64,000 nucleotides of DNA. It comes from an uncultured virus (IMG/VR IMGVR_UViG_3300028833_006000) (Duplodnaviria > Heunggongvirae > Uroviricota > Caudoviricetes). The translations under genes were made by a program, and so were the position numbers. The notes under the pieces were generated by a model, which was not told the DNA's origin, did not search any database, and saw only the letters and a list, made by a program, of their open reading frames with translations. The stretch is from the IMG/VR virus record IMGVR_UViG_3300028833_006000. The stretch is one strand, 5' to 3'. This document shows positions 58,748 to 64,000 of this stretch, piece by piece; the stretch's first letter is position 1; every line of letters starts with the position of its first letter.

Positions 58748-59167
58748 TTATACAAAAGGCAAATCATCCGGATTTTCGACATCAACCGGTACAGCAGGAA
58801 CTTCCCGCTGTGCATTTGTTTGTGAATCCAGATCAAGATTGTTCGCCTTATCATTCTTGACTAACTGTCTTGACTGATTATAGAGTTCCTTAAACTTTCT
58901 GATGCCCATTTCCTCAGTGTGAAAATGTACCTCATCATCATAAAAACGTACATGAGCCTTTATATTTTCCTGAATAACAAATGTAGTCAGCTTTGGATTA
59001 GTCGGAACGGACTTCTGCTGAACACCATATCCCTGAGGAATAAATGCTTTTGCCCATCCCGTCGCAGAATTCTCACTACGGAAACGTATACCGTATTGAT
59101 TCTTATATGTATCCACGCCCCAGACATTTGAAATCGTCACCATTTGTGACTGTGGTTTCTTAGGCAT
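58748..59167 (-). CDS. hypothetical protein
   Basis: GGAGG RBS; ends in DDLPFV (SSB-like acidic tip). Confidence 0.7.
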   Translation of the reverse strand: MPKKPQSQMVTISNVWGVDTYKNQYGIRFRSENSATGWAKAFIPQGYGVQQKSVPTNPKLTTFVIQENIKAHVRFYDDEVHFHTEEMGIRKFKELYNQSRQLVKNDKANNLDLDSQTNAQREVPAVPVDVENPDDLPFV

Positions 59168-59181
59168 ATCACAAACCCTCC

Positions 59182-60129
59182 TTATGCTTCTAATCCGTTC
59201 TGTGGTTCGGTGCTACCTGCCTCAGCGATCACGGGTAATTCTCTATCTGAATAAAGCGCTTCCGTCGGAAAACCTTCGACATTCTTCAAAGATTCGATAA
59301 ACTTCTTTTCGCTCGGCTTGAGAGGCACATCACATGCAATCTTGGCAAGTTTATCAACATATTCATTGCCTTCGATACCTGTGTGGCCTTTTGTGTGGAC
59401 AAAATCTACAGCCAAGCCTGTCATGCGCACAGACTTGACAAAATCGAGATAGTCCTTCGTGTACGGTGTGCCGGGCTTATACACTCCGGAAGGAATGTCG
59501 CCGATATGTCTCAAGTCATACCCAATTGTAACAGAGTCATATTTACCCTGTCTATATCCCTCAAGAGCATAATTCAAAGCGACTTTTGCGCCCAGGATCT
59601 CGCTCTCAATATTACGACCGCCATACTCGCATTTAATCTTTCCGGTAAAAATACGAGGATTCTTTTCATCGGCTACATATACACCATAGCCGGCTTCGTT
59701 CGTATTCTGATTATAACTTCCATCGGTAAAGATCCACACATGATTACCCGCATATTCTTTCAAAAGTGGGTTATCCGCAGACTCTTGCTCGGAAACTTCA
59801 GTCTTTGTCGGAACAACGCCTGTCTCGACATATTTTTCGGCTTCAGACTTATACTCAAAGCTCTTATACTGAGCACCAGGAAAACCGTTTACCTGCTCCT
59901 TGCATGTATCCCAGTCAAGATAGACTCCGGGTACACGGCCTTTATGTACGGCATAAAACTTGCCCTTTGCTTCGGTTGCGCCTAAATATTCCTGTGCTGA
60001 TGCTTCATCGGGAAAACCCTTGTACTGGGCACCGGCGAAGCCATCGACCTGAGCTTTACAATCATCCCACGATGTGTATAATCCCGGTGTGCGCCCTTTC
60101 AAGACCGCATAAAACTTATTCTTTGCCAT
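59182..60129 (-). CDS. rnhA: Ribonuclease HI with two N-terminal hybrid-binding (Cauli_VI) domains
   Basis: 2x FYAV..GR.PG.Y..WD.CK.QV.GF.GA.YK; FTDGS, ESE, HTKGHTG..GNEYVDKLA. Confidence 0.92.
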   Translation of the reverse strand: MAKNKFYAVLKGRTPGLYTSWDDCKAQVDGFAGAQYKGFPDEASAQEYLGATEAKGKFYAVHKGRVPGVYLDWDTCKEQVNGFPGAQYKSFEYKSEAEKYVETGVVPTKTEVSEQESADNPLLKEYAGNHVWIFTDGSYNQNTNEAGYGVYVADEKNPRIFTGKIKCEYGGRNIESEILGAKVALNYALEGYRQGKYDSVTIGYDLRHIGDIPSGVYKPGTPYTKDYLDFVKSVRMTGLAVDFVHTKGHTGIEGNEYVDKLAKIACDVPLKPSEKKFIESLKNVEGFPTEALYSDRELPVIAEAGSTEPQNGLEA

Positions 60130-60260
60130 AAAACTCTCCTCTATACAAAACAAAGGATCACCGGAGGCTATGTCTCGGCAATCCCCTGTTTATCATATCG
60201 AATAAAAATTTCTATCAGTGATATTTTATTCAGCTGATCACCACACGGTATTGATCTGTA

Positions 60261-61037
60261 TTAAGACAATTCTGTCTGTGCAGAGATGCCATCAGTTCCG
60301 TCCATCTGGATATCAGCTGTGAGTTCAGCTGCGGCTGCATAACGAGCATCACCTGTCATTGCATCAGGTGTTGCAGGTGCGGCATAACGAGGATCACCTG
60401 CCATTGCATTAGGTGCTGCCGGAGCCTCATAACGAGGATCACCAGCCATTGCATTAGATGTCTGCGCAGCCTGTCTGCCCTCGTAAACTTCCTCTCTCAC
60501 AGAAGAAGGTGTATTTTCCGGCAAATCAGCTGTTGCTGCCATAACCTGTTCCTGATATGTAGGACCTTCAGCAGCTTCTGTTTCCTCGTGCTGAACATCA
60601 CCCATCTCAGCAGCCATTGCCTTGATCTCAGCAAACTTCTGACCAAGACTTGTCTTGGCGAAAGCATCCTTGATGCTGGCTGTCACATCATGCACACTGT
60701 CTTCGATCTTATCGATACCGTGAGCTTCCTTCCAGTCAGCCACAGCTTCAAATTTATTTGCGATAGCCAACTTCTTTGTATCTTCACCGAATGCATTGGT
60801 CTGAAGAGTCTGAACTTCCTCATTGTACTTCTCCTCAGTAATAGCACCGTTCTCCAGCGCATGGTCAAGATCGTTCTTGCTGTCCACGTATTCATTGATA
60901 GCGCGAATAGGCGCCATTATATGATCATACGCTGCAGTAGCCTTGCTATATGCAGATGCGATCGTTGTGGTAACGCCACCAGCCTTTGGTGCTTCTGCTT
61001 CTGTAGTTTCAGTTGTCTGATTAGTATTGTCAGCCAT
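60261..61037 (-). CDS. hypothetical Ala/Glu-rich protein with C-terminal repeats
   Basis: AGGAGG RBS; own TTGACA promoter upstream. Confidence 0.75.
   Translation of the reverse strand: MADNTNQTTETTEAEAPKAGGVTTTIASAYSKATAAYDHIMAPIRAINEYVDSKNDLDHALENGAITEEKYNEEVQTLQTNAFGEDTKKLAIANKFEAVADWKEAHGIDKIEDSVHDVTASIKDAFAKTSLGQKFAEIKAMAAEMGDVQHEETEAAEGPTYQEQVMAATADLPENTPSSVREEVYEGRQAAQTSNAMAGDPRYEAPAAPNAMAGDPRYAAPATPDAMTGDARYAAAAELTADIQMDGTDGISAQTELS
60338..60455 (-). repeat. 3 x 45-bp coding tandem repeat (NAMAGDPRY..P..P)
   Basis: CATAACGAG at 60338, 60383 and 60428. Confidence 0.85.
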
Positions 61038-61241
61038 TGTATATTACCTCCTATGGATTATCTACTCATCTTAAAAAATCATAACACAAATATGTGTGGT
61101 CATTTTTGACTGTCTATATAATATATAATATGGCGTGGCTTGTCAAGAGATTTTCCAAAAAAAGTTGAAAAAAATTCAAATCATTATAAAAAATAACACC
61201 GCTCATATCTCATTTCATCGAGAAAAGTGGTGTTATTTGTT

Positions 61242-61937
61242 TTAAGATTCGATCTGTTTTTGTATGTTCTCTGACCTCAAATCATATATCTTTTGCCTAA
61301 AATCCTGCGGCAATACCACACTCACCAGAACCTGTTCCCGGTTAGATATACGTTTATATCGAAGCTCAAAATCTGATCCAAATTCCAATCGGTCATCAGT
61401 TGGTTTGATATACTCTATCCGTAAGCCATTGATGGCAACTTCAATCGCATCACGCTTCTCATCATAATGTGTTTCAAATGTTCGCGTGGTCAATGTTTCC
61501 GCATTTGCGACCAAAGCCTTATGCTTCCTCGCTTTATATGCTTCCATCGCCCACAATATCAACATGAATACGCCATATAATACATAAAATACCACAAGAA
61601 ATAATATGACTATGACCAGCGCTATAACTGGTATGGCCGGTTCTACAGCTGACATGATCTTTGTCATCGCAGGCGGCAGATTTGGTGAAGAATATATCAA
61701 TCCTATGCCTGATAGCATGCACAGGCTTCCCAGAATCAATTTAACCAGTGGAATACATCGTGATACATATCCATATGATAAAAATGCTCGCAATATTCGA
61801 AATACTGCAAGCATAATCAGGATTGCTCCTATAGATATCAACAATGCACCGCCGAATACAGTTGGCTGTTGAAACAATGAATATGCATCTCCATGCAATA
61901 ACTCATCCGAAGGAACAATAGTCTGTGTCAATAACAT
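61242..61937 (-). CDS. Membrane protein (3 TM)
   Basis: Three hydrophobic helices. Confidence 0.65.
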   Translation of the reverse strand: MLLTQTIVPSDELLHGDAYSLFQQPTVFGGALLISIGAILIMLAVFRILRAFLSYGYVSRCIPLVKLILGSLCMLSGIGLIYSSPNLPPAMTKIMSAVEPAIPVIALVIVILFLVVFYVLYGVFMLILWAMEAYKARKHKALVANAETLTTRTFETHYDEKRDAIEVAINGLRIEYIKPTDDRLEFGSDFELRYKRISNREQVLVSVVLPQDFRQKIYDLRSENIQKQIES

Positions 61938-61948
61938 ATCAGGGTATA

Positions 61949-62197
61949 TTACACAGACTCCATCTTCGCCTTCAACTTGCCAAGCATCTGGTCTTTCTTT
62001 GCAGGATCGCCAACGGTCTCATCGACAACAGTTGCTGCTTCTGCATAAGCTACCACATTCGACATGAGCTTGCTCATCGCAGGATTCTTCTGAGCTGCTG
62101 CTTCATCAGCCATCCTCTCGAAAGCCTGTCCCAAAGGCGTAGATCTGTCAATCTGCATATTCTCCTTATCAATAACGATATTATCTGTTCCTGGCAT
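61949..62197 (-). CDS. hypothetical protein
   Basis: AAAGGAG RBS before ATG at 62197. Confidence 0.65.
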   Translation of the reverse strand: MPGTDNIVIDKENMQIDRSTPLGQAFERMADEAAAQKNPAMSKLMSNVVAYAEAATVVDETVGDPAKKDQMLGKLKAKMESV

Positions 62198-62289
62198 ATT
62201 AGTCGCTCCTTTCAGAATAAATTGTTCCAACACTCAAAATATAGCAAAAATCTCCTCATTTGTCAACAGATTTGGCATAGATCCAAGCT

Positions 62290-62553
62290 TTACAAATCAG
62301 AAATTTCCACAACAGGCTCTGACCTGCTGACATCTGCCATCTGCTCCAAATGTGCTTTCGTCTGAACCAAAGCCAAAATCGTACGCACAACGTCATCATC
62401 CTGAGGCTGATATGATTTCAAATATGATATGGCATCTGACACAGCTTTGATATCACGCTCAAATGCCATTGCACCAGATAATTCCCTCGGTGCTGCATCA
62501 TGTATGATCAATGGCTCATCTAAATTTATCACAGGTTCTGTCATCGAACTCAC
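62290..62553 (-). CDS. hypothetical protein
   Basis: Overlaps the upstream stop by 4 nt. Confidence 0.55.
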   Translation of the reverse strand: MSSMTEPVINLDEPLIIHDAAPRELSGAMAFERDIKAVSDAISYLKSYQPQDDDVVRTILALVQTKAHLEQMADVSRSEPVVEISDL

Positions 62554-63374
62554 CCCTTCAAAAATGAAAATGTTATTTCCGAATATTCAGGTTTCTCGCT
62601 AAGCAATTTGATCACGTTCTCAGCATGTTCTGCCTGAAGCTTCATCCGCCATGTCTTGCTATCCTTATGGAAAAAGAAGCCGTCAGCTTTCAACAAATCT
62701 TTCTGGTCATATGTCCGACCCGTGGCCTGGATATATGTAATAGCCGAAACATGCATCTCAGATGCCGACTGTTTATAATATTCCCGGCAGCCGATGGACG
62801 CCAGAAATGAAACTTCCGCCGATTCATCATCTATCTGCTTCTCCCAAACCTGCTCAATGGAATTCCACCTATAACCAGCAGCTTTCAGATGCTCACGCTG
62901 TTCATAACAATTCTTAACGCAGATAATCTCATCTGACGGCAATGTATAATCAATCGCGTGTGGTACATATGCGTCCATGATCCTGCGGACTTTATTCTGG
63001 TCCGATGACCATGTGTCATGGTAAAAATCATCGACCGTAAGAATACCCATATCGATAGCCGCATATGCCAAACGAGCATATGCCTCATAGAAAGGAGCCT
63101 GATGTCCTGTATTTCCGTGAAGCATCTGATCAATATGGTGTGAAAGCTCATGGATGCAGCATTTTGCCATATGCCTCTGCCCCAGACGAGCATTGTACAC
63201 CTGTATATGTTTTGTCTGGGAATTATACATTCCGGAGCTGGACTTGACTTCCTTTGGCATTATCTCAATCGTATAGGTATGCAACGGAAGTCTCATCGGT
63301 CCTTCAACATCAGCATATGCAACATCAATGATATCATCCATGATACGCTTAATCCGCTTATCCAACGTGTTCAT
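62550..63374 (-). CDS. SprT-like Zn metallopeptidase-domain protein
   Basis: IHELSHH...GHQAPF; C-terminal LK..GY.W...W repeats. Confidence 0.72.
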   Translation of the reverse strand: MNTLDKRIKRIMDDIIDVAYADVEGPMRLPLHTYTIEIMPKEVKSSSGMYNSQTKHIQVYNARLGQRHMAKCCIHELSHHIDQMLHGNTGHQAPFYEAYARLAYAAIDMGILTVDDFYHDTWSSDQNKVRRIMDAYVPHAIDYTLPSDEIICVKNCYEQREHLKAAGYRWNSIEQVWEKQIDDESAEVSFLASIGCREYYKQSASEMHVSAITYIQATGRTYDQKDLLKADGFFFHKDSKTWRMKLQAEHAENVIKLLSEKPEYSEITFSFLKG

Positions 63375-63431
63375 ACAAAAAACAACACCTCCTGCTCATT
63401 CATAACGGAGGGCAATCAAACATCCCGAACC

Positions 63432-63614
63432 TTATGGTTCAAGAAAAAGATCAGGATCAACCATTTCATCAATGTTGTCCCAGTCATCATATTCATCTTC
63501 CTGCTCTGCTGCTTTCAGGTCGCCGGCATGGCCATCACTCAAAAACTTATAAAACAGATATGCGACCATTCCAATAAAAGAAATAACCAAACAACATTTG
63601 AAAAAATTCTTCAT
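63432..63614 (-). CDS. small membrane protein with acidic tail
   Basis: GGAGG RBS, one TM. Confidence 0.6.
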   Translation of the reverse strand: MKNFFKCCLVISFIGMVAYLFYKFLSDGHAGDLKAAEQEDEYDDWDNIDEMVDPDLFLEP

Positions 63615-63704
63615 GAAATCATCCTCCATCGATATGCTGACATGATATGGTATCGTACACTCTTTAATATATCATAAAACATCTCATAAATCAACATATT
63701 TCAA

Positions 63705-63773
63705 CAAAAAGCGGAGAGGCCCGTCACGCTGATAACGAAGCCTCTCCAGAAAGGAACACATATTGGAACCCGT
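63705..63773 (-). ncRNA. candidate small RNA C (about 70 nt; anti-SD seed + terminator)
   Basis: - strand TTGAGA-17-TGgTATAAT (63808-63780); ACGGGTTCCAATATGTGTTCCTTTCT then GGAGAGGC/GCCTCTCC stem + T5; no ORF. Confidence 0.6.
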
Positions 63774-63815
63774 GAAAGAATTATACCACAATATCCTGTG
63801 TTTCTCAAATAGTTT

Positions 63816-64000
63816 TTAAGGTTTTGTATAAGAATATTTTCCCCATTCACTCTTCGTGCCGTCAGACATTACAGACTGAACACGGAAATAATATGTCCTG
63901 CCGGATTTCATACCACTAATGATAACCGAAGTACCGGAAATTGACATCGATGCCATCTTGGAAGAATATGATGCGTTGCTATAAATCTCGACATTGTATG
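63816..64000 (-). CDS. 3' end of a fibronectin-type-III-domain protein (truncated by the window)
   Basis: YNVEIY...SVIISGMKSGRTYYFRVQSV....SEW*. Confidence 0.7.
   Translation of the reverse strand, partial: YNVEIYSNASYSSKMASMSISGTSVIISGMKSGRTYYFRVQSVMSDGTKSEWGKYSYTKP

Noticed and set aside
364..63677. Numerous antisense and alternate-frame ORFs in the track (e.g. 6673..7401, 59383..59985, 60588..61109, 63150..63677)
   Set aside because: They overlap well-supported genes and lack RBSs or motifs; treated as shadow ORFs.
63787..63802. NrdR box (CCACAATATCCTGTGT)
   Set aside because: A single copy that coincides with the promoter spacer of candidate sRNA C. It is intriguing given that RNA's match to the nrdD leader, but too weak to call.

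Overview
This 64-kb window is gene-dense and mostly on the + strand; it switches to the - strand after about 58 kb. It looks like part of a large extrachromosomal element of a low-GC Gram-positive (Clostridia-like) host, either a jumbo phage or a megaplasmid. Support: sigmaA-type promoters, AAAGGA(G) ribosome-binding sites and many short acidic orphan ORFs. No virion, rRNA, tRNA or CRISPR genes were seen. The window encodes nucleotide and DNA metabolism (dut, thyX, ung, nrdDG, ligA, two rarA paralogues, prim-pol, probable SSB, UvrD, RNase H, tyrosine recombinase), its own sigma70 factor, and Clp proteolysis parts (ClpP, an IGF-loop Clp ATPase, a MecA-like protein). It also carries a macrodomain/MoxR/vWA/Clp/UvrD/pseudo-UvrD cluster. 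The most striking locus is a stand-alone reverse transcriptase (16259-17515, YSDD). It is followed immediately by a non-coding segment of about 875 nt whose 5' and 3' flanks pair in nested order around a hairpin-rich core, and then by a 311-aa candidate partner gene. It does not fit a group II intron, DGR or canonical retron layout. Other leads are three short promoter/seed/terminator units with anti-Shine-Dalgarno seeds complementary to leaders of genes in this window, a GNRA-rich structured RNA between two PAPS-reductase-like genes, and a 13-bp periodic repeat before the SSB/primase genes. All functional calls come from motif reading by eye; no searches were run.
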